Source of the DNA: a candidate division WWE3 bacterium
GTDB lineage: Bacteria > Patescibacteriota > WWE3 > UBA101185 > UBA10185
Direction: 5' to 3'
DNA length: 55,578 nt
Assembly (NCBI GenBank): GCA_012798315.1
Contig: JAAZNL010000020.1
Location: forward strand, 1 to 55,578
A program made the translations under genes and the position numbers. Shown one piece after another: positions 37,684 through 46,857 of the stretch; the first letter of the stretch is position 1; each line of letters starts with the position of its first letter. The notes below the pieces were generated by a model. It did no database searches and was not told the DNA's origin. It saw only the letters and a program-made list of their open reading frames with translations.

Positions 37684-38807
37684 GAATAGTATTGGTAGTT
37701 CCTACCTATAATGAAGCTGAAAATATCGGACGCCTGATAGACGTTCTTCAGGAGGTATTCGCAAAGGATCCAGCTAACGACTATAGATTGCTGGTAGTTG
37801 AAGGAAATTCCCCGGACGGAACGGCTAACATTGTAAAAGAAAAGATGGAGCATTTTACAAATGTGCATCTTTTAATGGAACAAAAAAAATCCGGTTTGGG
37901 TGCAGCATACATATATGGTTTTAAATACGCCATGGAGAATATGGCTCCCGATGTTTTAATTGAAATGGATGCTGATTTTCAACACGATCCCCATGACGTT
38001 GTTAAAATGGTCGCGAAAATTTCTGAAGGGTATGATTACGTTATAGGTTCGCGCTTCACATCAGGTGGTTCTATTCCAAAGGAATGGGCATTTTACAGAA
38101 AATTAATAAGTATAGGCGGCAATATTTTTTCAAAATTGGTTTTAAATATTTGGAGTGTAAACGATTTTACTTCGGGATTTAAAGCTTCCAGGGTAAAAAA
38201 CTTTGCCGAGAAATTAGATTTTGATTCTGTTCTTTCTGGTGGTTTTGCGTATAAAATAGATCTTTTATACAAAATGCACCGTCTCGGTGCCAAAATTGCG
38301 GAAATTCCGATTGCTTTTGGATTGCGCGATAGGGGAATTTCAAAAATGGAGCGTAACAACTTTATAGATTCTTTAAAAGTTGTTTTAATGCTCCGAATGT
38401 ACGAAAATAAAGCTTTTTATAAATTTGTAATGGTGGGATTTGCAGGTTTATTTGTTGATACTACACTTTTTAATATACTAAGACTTATTTTGCCCGCTTC
38501 TCACACTGCCGCGTTGGTCTCGGGTTTTATAGCAATGATGACCACATTTACATTGAATAATTTTTGGTCGTTCAACGAAAGAAAAATTGAATCAACCAGC
38601 CATAAAGTTTTGGGTTTTATTATTTACGTTGCATCTTCATATGTGCCTATTCAAATCAGAAGCATGCTTGTGGACTATGCAACAGAACATTTTGGTGATA
38701 CGTTTGTTGTCTCAAATATAGCGTTTTTCATAGGTATCGTATTCGGGCTTGTGTGGAATTTTACTGTTTATAGTAGAATTATATGGAGGAAAAAGGGAGG
38801 GAACTAA
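37680..38807 (+). CDS. GT2 polyprenyl-phosphate sugar synthase (DPM1/Ppm1-like) fused to a GtrA-like membrane domain
   Basis: VVPTYNEAENI, EMDADFQHDP (DxD region), and a C-terminal 4-TM segment with the GtrA-like FVMVGFAGLFVDTTLFN...NNFWSFN. Confidence 0.8.
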   Translation: MRIVLVVPTYNEAENIGRLIDVLQEVFAKDPANDYRLLVVEGNSPDGTANIVKEKMEHFTNVHLLMEQKKSGLGAAYIYGFKYAMENMAPDVLIEMDADFQHDPHDVVKMVAKISEGYDYVIGSRFTSGGSIPKEWAFYRKLISIGGNIFSKLVLNIWSVNDFTSGFKASRVKNFAEKLDFDSVLSGGFAYKIDLLYKMHRLGAKIAEIPIAFGLRDRGISKMERNNFIDSLKVVLMLRMYENKAFYKFVMVGFAGLFVDTTLFNILRLILPASHTAALVSGFIAMMTTFTLNNFWSFNERKIESTSHKVLGFIIYVASSYVPIQIRSMLVDYATEHFGDTFVVSNIAFFIGIVFGLVWNFTVYSRIIWRKKGGN

Positions 38808-38822
38808 GGTAGATATAAACAT

Positions 38823-39575
38823 ATGGATTACAGTATCGTGATACCCGCCTTTAATGAGGCCAACAAAATTACTGCCACGTTAACTGCTGTTACGACTTTT
38901 ATGAGGAGCTATGCTCCTTCTTTTAATGTGTTTGTTTCGGATGACGGAAGTAAAGACGCCACGGCTCAGCTTGTAGAAGATTTTGCAAAAAATAACCCAG
39001 AAGTAATCCTCCTTAAAAATAAGCATAAAGGCAAAGGATATGCCGTTTATAGCGGGGTTCAGGCTGCAGATGGGGATTTAATTTATATTGCTGATGCTGA
39101 TTTGTCAGCTCCAATTGGTGAGTTGAGAAAGCTTTCGGTTTGGATCAAAGATCAGGGTTTTGATGTGGTCATTGCCTCGCGGGAAGGTACCGGCGCCCAA
39201 AGGGTAGACGAACCATTTTATCGACACTTAATGGGAAGAGTATTTAATTTTTGGGTACGAACAATAGCATTGCCGGGAATTAAAGATAGTCAGTGTGGTT
39301 TCAAACTGTTTACTAAAACCTCGGCAAAAGAAATATTTAATCGGTTAAAAATATATGGTCAGGAAGCCAAAGAACTTGATAAGGCTTATTTAGGTGCCTT
39401 TGATGTGGAAGTTCTATACCTGGCACGAAAACATAAATATAAAATTAAAGAAGTTCCGGTTATATGGACTTATGTAAAGACTAATAGACTTAACCCGTTG
39501 CAGGATTCAATAAAAATGGCAATGGATGTGTTGAAGGTACGTTTTAACGATCTCAGGGGTTTATACTCCATTTGA
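38823..39575 (+). CDS. GT2 glycosyltransferase, dolichyl/polyprenyl-phosphate glucosyltransferase-like
   Basis: IVIPAFNEANKI, SDDGSKDAT, ADADLSAP and SQCGFKLF motifs. Confidence 0.75.
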   Translation: MDYSIVIPAFNEANKITATLTAVTTFMRSYAPSFNVFVSDDGSKDATAQLVEDFAKNNPEVILLKNKHKGKGYAVYSGVQAADGDLIYIADADLSAPIGELRKLSVWIKDQGFDVVIASREGTGAQRVDEPFYRHLMGRVFNFWVRTIALPGIKDSQCGFKLFTKTSAKEIFNRLKIYGQEAKELDKAYLGAFDVEVLYLARKHKYKIKEVPVIWTYVKTNRLNPLQDSIKMAMDVLKVRFNDLRGLYSI

Positions 39576-39626
39576 CAAAAACAGTAATAAATTTTTTTCG
39601 ATCTTCAGATCAACAGGAGGATTTGT

Positions 39627-41000
39627 ATGAAGTTGTGTGTAATAGGTACAGGTTATGTAGGACTCGTAGGAGCAGCTATATTTTCAGACTGGGGTAATAC
39701 AGTATTTGGTGTCGATATAGATGAGGAAAAAATAAAAAGAATTAAAGCAGGAGAAATGCCTATTTATGAACCGGGTCTTTCTGAAATAGTCTTAAAAAAT
39801 ATTTCGGAAGGCAGACTTAGTTTCACAACTTCAATAGCGGAAGGTATCAAAGAGGCAGAAATTGTATTTATCTGTGTGGGTACACCTCAGAGTGAAACAG
39901 GTGCCGCGGATTTATCTGCAGTGTGGACAGTGGCCAAAGAGATTGGTCAGAACCTAAATGGATACAAAGTAATTGTAACCAAGTCCACTGTACCTGTTGG
40001 AACGAACGAAAAAGTAAAACAAATAATTACTGAAAATTTAGCTTCCCCGGTGGAATTTGATGTAGCATCTAACCCTGAATTTTTACGGGAAGGTTCATCT
40101 GTTGAAGACATGCAGAATACGGATAGGACCGTGATAGGTTCGGATTCACCAAAAGCCTTAGAAATACTTACATCTTTATATACACACCTAGGATCTCCGA
40201 TTGTTGCTACAAATTTGCGATCTGCTGAGATGATTAAATACGCCGCGAACGCATTTTTGGCCACCAAAATTACATTTATTAACGAAATGGCTCAGGTGTG
40301 CGAAAAAGCCGGTGCTGACGTTACCATGGTAGCTAAGGGGATGGGTCTTGATAAACGTATTGGTTCAGCTTTTTTGAGAGCAGGTATCGGCTATGGGGGA
40401 AGCTGTTTTCCTAAGGATGTGTCAGCACTGTACAGAACCGCTACAGATCACTCTTACGACTTTAAGTTATTAAGAAGTGTAATAGAAGTTAATTATGGTC
40501 AAAAAGATTTGTTTATGTTTAAGGCTACTCGCTTCCTGGGTACAAATTTAAACGGTAAGACTCTCGCCATTTTAGGTTTAGCATTTAAGGACAACACTGA
40601 TGATATACGTGATTCAGTTGCCGTCGAAATAGTTAAAAAACTGAGGGGTCTTGGCGCTCAGCTTAAAGTGTACGATCCTGCGGCATCCGATAACGCCCGC
40701 AAAATATTAGGTGATACAAGCATAACTTACTGTTCAAATGAATACGAAACTATGGAAGGTGCCGACGCGTTATTTGTCCTAACCGAATGGAAGCAGTTTG
40801 CGGTGCTTGATTTGGCAAAAATAAAAAGCTTGTTAAAACAGCCTGTGATATTTGACGGCCGAAATTCTTTTGACAAAGACACTACAGAAGCTCAAGGATT
40901 TACCTATTTTGCAATAGGCAAAAGGACCAACGGTTTAGAAAAGATTAATGGTGCGGGTAATAACTATAGTGCTACACTAATAAAGAATGGCAGTCATTAA
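39627..41000 (+). CDS. ugd: UDP-glucose 6-dehydrogenase
   Basis: VIGTGYVGLV Rossmann motif and the catalytic Cys in GYGGSCFPKD. 457 aa. GGAGGA SD upstream. Confidence 0.92.
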   Translation: MKLCVIGTGYVGLVGAAIFSDWGNTVFGVDIDEEKIKRIKAGEMPIYEPGLSEIVLKNISEGRLSFTTSIAEGIKEAEIVFICVGTPQSETGAADLSAVWTVAKEIGQNLNGYKVIVTKSTVPVGTNEKVKQIITENLASPVEFDVASNPEFLREGSSVEDMQNTDRTVIGSDSPKALEILTSLYTHLGSPIVATNLRSAEMIKYAANAFLATKITFINEMAQVCEKAGADVTMVAKGMGLDKRIGSAFLRAGIGYGGSCFPKDVSALYRTATDHSYDFKLLRSVIEVNYGQKDLFMFKATRFLGTNLNGKTLAILGLAFKDNTDDIRDSVAVEIVKKLRGLGAQLKVYDPAASDNARKILGDTSITYCSNEYETMEGADALFVLTEWKQFAVLDLAKIKSLLKQPVIFDGRNSFDKDTTEAQGFTYFAIGKRTNGLEKINGAGNNYSATLIKNGSH

Positions 41001-42225
41001 CAAAAAACTGTTAATATTTGTTCCGACGTTTCCGGTATTGAGTGAAACGTTTATTCAAAGGGAAATAGCCGAACTTGCGAAAGTGGCAAAAAATTACTCT
41101 GTAACCGTATTATCGCTGAGCCCCGGATCCAAACCCGTTATGGCTGATCCTGCGGTTAGCGTACTTTACAGTCGTGTTAAACCTTTGGATATTTTAATAG
41201 GACTCGCGGAAATAAAATGGTTAACTTTTGGAAGCCTTTTTAAGATAAGCTTAAAAAACAAACCTCGAGGGTTAATTAGCAACTTTTACCTGTTGTTAAA
41301 GGCAATCGGTTATTCCCATGTAGTTAAAACGCTTTGTGTTTCGCATATCCACGCGCATTTTTTGTCTGAATCTTCCTCATTAATGTATTATGTAGCAGAA
41401 TTTCTTAATTTGCCCTATAGCGTGTCAGCTCATGCGCGTGATGTATTTGCCACAAGCGATGATGTTACCAAAATACCGGAACTTGTACGCGAAAAAGCCG
41501 AGAAAGCTTCGTTTATAGCGGTTTGTAACAAGAAGGCCTGGGAGAAGTGTGTTAATTTGGTAGGGCCCGATTACGCTTCAAAAGTGTTGTTGCATTACCA
41601 CGGCATGGATCCGTCTGTATTGCCTATCAGAGAAAACACAGCTGTTGAAACGCAAAAATTTAAAATAGTTTCGGTAGGCAGACTTGTTGAGAAAAAAGGC
41701 TTTACCTATTTGATTGACGCCGGGAAGATTCTAAAAGACGCTGGTATATCTTGCGAAATCAATATAATCGGACCGGGTCATCTATATAAGGAATTAACCG
41801 AAAAAATTACCGCATTATCGTTGGGGGATACTGTTAAAGTGCTTGGGGAAGGACAGGGGATGCCAAATAATGAAGTGTTAAAGTATATGTCAGAGTCGGA
41901 TGCCTTTGTGTTACCCAGTATAGAAACTTCCGAGGGCGATGCCGAAGGTATTCCTAACACACTTGTTGAGGCGGCATTTTTAGCACTGCCAATTGTATCC
42001 ACAACAACCGGAAGTATTCCCGAGATTGTACGCGATGGTGTTTCAGGCCTGCTTGTGGAGCCAAACAGGGGAGATTTGCTGGCGGAGGCTATCAAATCAT
42101 TAATAAGCAGTTCGGATCTTAGACAAAGTCTTGGACAGACGGCAAAGTTATTAGCTAGTGATATGTTTGACGTGACTAAGAATATTGTGGAATTGGATCA
42201 TCTGTTTAGCGAGAATTTGGCTTGA
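40987..42225 (+). CDS. GT4 (GT-B fold) glycosyltransferase
   Basis: C-terminal retaining-GT motif PSIETSEGDAEGIPNTLVEAAFLALPIVSTTTGSIPEIV (the EX7E region). Confidence 0.8.
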   Translation: MAVINKKLLIFVPTFPVLSETFIQREIAELAKVAKNYSVTVLSLSPGSKPVMADPAVSVLYSRVKPLDILIGLAEIKWLTFGSLFKISLKNKPRGLISNFYLLLKAIGYSHVVKTLCVSHIHAHFLSESSSLMYYVAEFLNLPYSVSAHARDVFATSDDVTKIPELVREKAEKASFIAVCNKKAWEKCVNLVGPDYASKVLLHYHGMDPSVLPIRENTAVETQKFKIVSVGRLVEKKGFTYLIDAGKILKDAGISCEINIIGPGHLYKELTEKITALSLGDTVKVLGEGQGMPNNEVLKYMSESDAFVLPSIETSEGDAEGIPNTLVEAAFLALPIVSTTTGSIPEIVRDGVSGLLVEPNRGDLLAEAIKSLISSSDLRQSLGQTAKLLASDMFDVTKNIVELDHLFSENLA

Positions 42226-42245
42226 AACTAGTGTAAAATACAATA

Positions 42246-43439
42246 GTGCAAATAGCGGTCTTTACAAAATCTACAACTTACCATAAGGGCCACGGTGGCC
42301 TGGAAACGCAAAATAAGCTGCTTTGCGAGGGTTTAGCGGCCAGGGGTCATAGAATAGTGGTTTTTTCCCCAACCAGAGATCAACCTTTGCAAAATGTTAC
42401 AGAAAATGGCGTTGATTATATCTTTGTAAAAAGCAGTTATAGATACTTTTTATCCTCTTTTAACAAAAACAGTTGGTACAACCAAAGCTACAAAGTCTTC
42501 GAAAAAGCAAATAGCGATAGCAAGTTTGATTTAATTTTGGGGCAGAGTTCCGCGGCCATAGGTATTATTGCCCGAAAAGAGTTACACAGTATACCTGTTG
42601 TTTCAGTTTCACACGGTACAACGTTGGGTGAATTAAAAACTCAGATTACAAATATACGTAATGTTAAGGACGCGTTAAAAGTTTTAAAGGACGGTCAGTA
42701 TGTATTGCGTCAGTATTTCGGACGCCAGCGTGATTTTATTTTAAAATCTACCCATGTTGTCGCAGTTTCTACTGCAGTAAAAAAGAATTTGGTAGATGAA
42801 ACTTTTATTCCCGAAGAAAATATAACGGTTATAAACAACGGAATTAATCCGACTCCGTTTATTAAAGTCCGCGAAGGTAGGAATTTAAGAGGAAAAGGAG
42901 TTTTGTTTGTCGGGCAACTTACAAAAGATAAGGGTATAGATTTACTGTTAAAGATGTTTGGTTCTGATGATTTTAAAGATATATCACTTTATATTGTCGG
43001 AGATGGCCCTCTAAAAGAATTCATAAATGAACAAATTTCCCATATGCCAAACGGTTTCAAAATTAAACTGTTGGGTAAAATCCCGTATCAGGATGTTGTG
43101 AACTATTATCTTAACGAAGAAATCTCTGTCTTTGCGTTTCCTACCAAACGCGAAGAAGGTCTGCCTATGGTTTTAGTAGAAGCAATGTTTGCGGGTCTTC
43201 CTGTTGTTGCTTTTGACAAAGGAGGCGTTACGGACATTGTTAAAAATTCTGAAACAGGGTATGTGTTAAAACCAAACGATGATATTGGTTTTAAACATAA
43301 ACTTGTAAATCTGGTAAATGATCCGGAAATCTTATCAAAATTTTCTTCTAATGCGCTGAAAAACGCGTACTCGAGTCTTTCTCTAGATGCTATGATTGAA
43401 AAGTACGAAGATGTATTTAAGAAAGTAATGAAAAAATGA
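42246..43439 (+). CDS. GT4 (GT-B fold) glycosyltransferase
   Basis: GTG start. N-terminal GHGGLETQNKLLCEGLAARGHRIVVFSP and C-terminal PTKREEGLPMVLVEAMFAGLPVVAFDKGG. Confidence 0.8.
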   Translation: MQIAVFTKSTTYHKGHGGLETQNKLLCEGLAARGHRIVVFSPTRDQPLQNVTENGVDYIFVKSSYRYFLSSFNKNSWYNQSYKVFEKANSDSKFDLILGQSSAAIGIIARKELHSIPVVSVSHGTTLGELKTQITNIRNVKDALKVLKDGQYVLRQYFGRQRDFILKSTHVVAVSTAVKKNLVDETFIPEENITVINNGINPTPFIKVREGRNLRGKGVLFVGQLTKDKGIDLLLKMFGSDDFKDISLYIVGDGPLKEFINEQISHMPNGFKIKLLGKIPYQDVVNYYLNEEISVFAFPTKREEGLPMVLVEAMFAGLPVVAFDKGGVTDIVKNSETGYVLKPNDDIGFKHKLVNLVNDPEILSKFSSNALKNAYSSLSLDAMIEKYEDVFKKVMKK

Positions 43440-44631
43440 ACATTTTAAGAATCATATACGATTGGCCTCCCCCCTGGGGAGGACTTAGTCCGCATCCTTA
43501 TGAAGTTACATTAGCCCAAAAAAACTTAATCACGAAATAGAAATATTTTGCGGACGATGGCCAAAAGCCGGCAAACTTGAGGAAATAGAAGGTGTAAAGT
43601 TTCATCCTATTATGAGGGAACCTTTTCCTGCGACTATTTCGTTTACTTCATCAGTACTTTTATTTTTTGAATATTTAGGTTGGCGCAAAAGTCACAAACC
43701 GGACGTAATTCATTCACACGGACATTTTGCCATATGGATTTATTTGTATCGTTTGTTTCTGATGAAATATTTTCCGTGGTCAGAGGAATTATCGATTCCT
43801 TTGGTTGCTCACTTTCATAATACCGCTAAGGGACGTTGGGTTGCCATGGAAGAAGCCGGAAAATATATATCACCCCATTCTAAATTTATTCAATGGCCGC
43901 TTCAGGTATTGTCCGATAAATGGGCAATAAAGTCAGCTTCAGCCTGTATATTTGTCAGTCACGAAACCCTTGAGGAAGCAAAAAAACACTATGACGCTGA
44001 TTTGAAGCGTTGTTTTGTGGTTGAAAGCGGTGTCAATACCGATTTGTTTGTACCAGCGGGAGGTGAAGAAAAAGAGAAATCCAGACGGGAGCTGAATTAC
44101 GATATTTACGATAAAGTCATTTTATATCATGGCATGGTTTTAGAAAGAAAAAATGTACATGTTTTGGTTGATGTATTAAAAAACTTACCCGATGTTTATA
44201 AACTGTTAATTGTAGGACAGACTGATCCGGTATACGAACAAAAAATCCGTCAGGCAATTTTGCACGCGAATCTTGAAGATCGTATTACTATGATTGGATA
44301 TACTCCTTATCCACAGGTGCCTATTGCTTATCAAATATCCGATTTGTTTATTTTACCTTCAAGCTGGGAAGGACTACCGAAAGTGGTCATGCAGGGACTG
44401 TCGTGCGGTGTTCCGTGTTTAGTATCCGGTTTTAAGCTGGAAGAGGAAATTTCTGGTTTGATGTATTTAGACAACCTTGACCCCGGGCAGATGGCCGTTC
44501 GTATACAGGACATAATTGCCAATCCGCCAAAAGTAGATACCGATAAAATTCGCCAAAAATATTCGTGGGATTATAAGGTAAATGAGATTGAGCAAGTTTA
44601 TGCGTTTGTTAAAAAATATACAAAAAAATAG
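43436..44631 (+). pseudogene. GT4 glycosyltransferase interrupted by a -1 frameshift at an A7 tract (43518-43524)
   Basis: Frame 1 reads MNILRIIYDWPPPWGGLSPHPYEVTLAQKN..., with a stop at 43538-43540. The -1 frame continues KKLNHEIEIFCGRWPKAGKLEEIEGVKFHPIMREPFP... into the 339-aa ORF 43612-44631. Joined together they give a complete GT4 N-terminus (PPxxGG...GHE). Confidence 0.75.
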
Positions 44632-46153
44632 CGTAGGTATTGTACTTGCTCTTTCAATCCTTTCGCATATATTCCTAATAAACTTTAACGCAGCGGAGTG
44701 GGGGGATTCCTATAGAATTTTGCGGGCGGCCCAGCTTTCCAGAACCGGTTTTTACCCTATAGATGAAAAACGTCCACCGTTATTTTCATTAATTATTGCA
44801 AATTATCCCGAAGGAATGGATCCGTTAATGTTCGGCCGGGTCGTAATGACGGTAGTCAGTATTTTGTCGATAGTAGCCTTTTATTTTTTAGCTAAACGTT
44901 TTATAAAATCTCAAAGTTACTTAACTTTAGCGCTTTTGCTTTTTTGGCTAAATCCGGTGTATTTGTATTGGTCTCTGCGGATATACGCTGACGTTCTATT
45001 TTCACTGTTTGTTATGTGTATTGTTTTACTTTTTTATTTTTATGAAACAAGACTTAACTGGAGAAATTCTTTTGTATTGGGGGTATTAAGTGCATTTTCA
45101 GTTCTTTTGCGATTTGAAGGATATTTATTGGTCGGAGCCCTTTGGGCAGGCCTGCTATTTAGAAATGTTTATCAAAAAGGATTAAGTCAGTTTCTTGCCA
45201 ACTTTAAACATTTTATTTTCTCGGTAATTGGTTCAGTTTGCGTGTTAGTTCCATACATGGTGTACAAGAACCCGTTTTCTTCCAGCTATTTAAGCGAACC
45301 ATCGGGACGGGAATATACTCTAACGACCGTTCTTATCTTTGTAGTTTCACTGGTATTTTCATTCGGATTTCTTGTTGCCCCTGTATCTATTTACCTAGGT
45401 AGAAGCAAAATCAAAGAATTTATATTAACAAATTACTTTATTTCTTTTTTTATTTTTTTCTCGCTTATTTTAATTTTGCTTTGGCCTGCCGCTATACCCC
45501 GCTTGTTCGTTAGCGTAATACCTTATTTGGTAATTATGCTGATTCTGGCGATGCAGCATATAGAGAAGTCTAAGTTTAACAATCTGTGTTTTTTGACAAT
45601 ATCGCTGGGGTCAATAATCGTGTACGCCACTGCTCAGTACTTTTTAAAACTTCAGTTTTTGATAGTTATTAAACCGGTATTCGCTTTAATAATATTTATA
45701 AATTTATTATTAATATTATCTGTTTTTAAAAAACGTTTTGTACTCAGTTATATGTTAACGATAGTTTCTGTGTTTGTGTGGGCAGTAAGCACTTTATGGA
45801 TTCACAAAGATATATATAAAAGTATTTCAGAAGCTTCTAAATTTGTTTCCACGCAGTATCGTGGTCTTGTTGTACACAACGATATAAATAGTGTGGCTGA
45901 TTGGTATCTGAATTACTATCCCGGAAAAGAACATAAAGTTTCGGGAAAATATGTAAAGATACAAAATGAAAGTTCGTTAAGCCGCCCGATTTTAAACGAT
46001 ATGGGAGCTTCCATTGTTATGATCACGAACGAACATGATATGTCCTGGCAACCGGACTTTAGCGGCGTTCCGTATTTAGAGGAGATTAAGATCTTTAGGT
46101 ATAATGTTAACAGTGGAAATTTTTTCACCGGAGTGTACAAAATTAAGGACTAA
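44582..46153 (+). CDS. Polytopic GT-C fold glycosyltransferase candidate (PMT_2/ArnT-like)
   Basis: At least 11 TM segments. The first-loop motif IDEKRPPLFSL resembles the DE...PPL motif of the GT39/GT83 families. The true start may be the ATG at 44600. Confidence 0.65.
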   Translation: MRLSKFMRLLKNIQKNSVGIVLALSILSHIFLINFNAAEWGDSYRILRAAQLSRTGFYPIDEKRPPLFSLIIANYPEGMDPLMFGRVVMTVVSILSIVAFYFLAKRFIKSQSYLTLALLLFWLNPVYLYWSLRIYADVLFSLFVMCIVLLFYFYETRLNWRNSFVLGVLSAFSVLLRFEGYLLVGALWAGLLFRNVYQKGLSQFLANFKHFIFSVIGSVCVLVPYMVYKNPFSSSYLSEPSGREYTLTTVLIFVVSLVFSFGFLVAPVSIYLGRSKIKEFILTNYFISFFIFFSLILILLWPAAIPRLFVSVIPYLVIMLILAMQHIEKSKFNNLCFLTISLGSIIVYATAQYFLKLQFLIVIKPVFALIIFINLLLILSVFKKRFVLSYMLTIVSVFVWAVSTLWIHKDIYKSISEASKFVSTQYRGLVVHNDINSVADWYLNYYPGKEHKVSGKYVKIQNESSLSRPILNDMGASIVMITNEHDMSWQPDFSGVPYLEEIKIFRYNVNSGNFFTGVYKIKD

Positions 46154-46164
46154 AGTAAGGATTA

Positions 46165-46857
46165 ATGACTATGAAGCTGTCGGTAATAATACCTGTATAT
46201 AACGAGAAAAACACAATTAGGGAGTTGCTTTCCCGGGTTAAAGCGGTAGACGGGATAGAAATGGAAATCATTATTGTCGACGATGCTTCCAAGGATGGCA
46301 CTACAGACATTCTAAAAGCAATGGAAACAGAAAATCCTGATGTAAAGTTTATTTATAAACCGGAAAATAAAGGAAAAGGTGACACATTAAAATTGGGATT
46401 TCAAAACTCAACCGGCGATTACGTGATAGTTCAGGACGCTGATTTAGAATACGATCCCAACGATTACAAAAAATTGATTCGTGCTTTGGAAGAAGAAGGT
46501 GTGGATGTTGTTTACGGTTCGAGATTTTCAGGAAATTACGAGGACATGTCCAATTTACACTACTTTGGAAATAAAATGCTCACCCTTATAACCAACATGT
46601 TGTTTGGGGTAATGCTCACCGATATGGAGACCTGCTATAAACTTATGCCAGGAGAATTTGTCCGAAGTATAGATATAAAATCTCCAAGATTCGATTTTGA
46701 ACCCGAAATTACGGCCAAAATTCTAAAACATAAATTGAGAATAAGAGAAGTACCCATATCTTACAAGGGCAGAACTCACAGCGAAGGTAAAAAGATTACA
46801 TGGAAAGATGGTATAGCCGCTGTTTCTACGCTTATTAAATTTAAATTTGTAGATTAA
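46165..46857 (+). CDS. GT2 glycosyltransferase (polyprenyl-phosphate sugar synthase-like)
   Basis: VIIPVYNEKNTI, VDDASKDGT and VQDADLEYDP motifs. 230 aa with no TM domain. Confidence 0.8.
   Translation: MTMKLSVIIPVYNEKNTIRELLSRVKAVDGIEMEIIIVDDASKDGTTDILKAMETENPDVKFIYKPENKGKGDTLKLGFQNSTGDYVIVQDADLEYDPNDYKKLIRALEEEGVDVVYGSRFSGNYEDMSNLHYFGNKMLTLITNMLFGVMLTDMETCYKLMPGEFVRSIDIKSPRFDFEPEITAKILKHKLRIREVPISYKGRTHSEGKKITWKDGIAAVSTLIKFKFVD

Noticed and set aside
43470-43490. The GC-rich hairpin CCTCCCC-cct-GGGGAGG near the 5' end of the frameshifted GT4 gene, read as a regulatory structure.
   Set aside because: It encodes the conserved GT4 N-terminal motif WPPPWGG (PPxxGG), so the palindrome is most simply a consequence of the coding sequence. 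It lies upstream of the slippery site, not downstream, so it cannot act as a classical frameshift stimulator.
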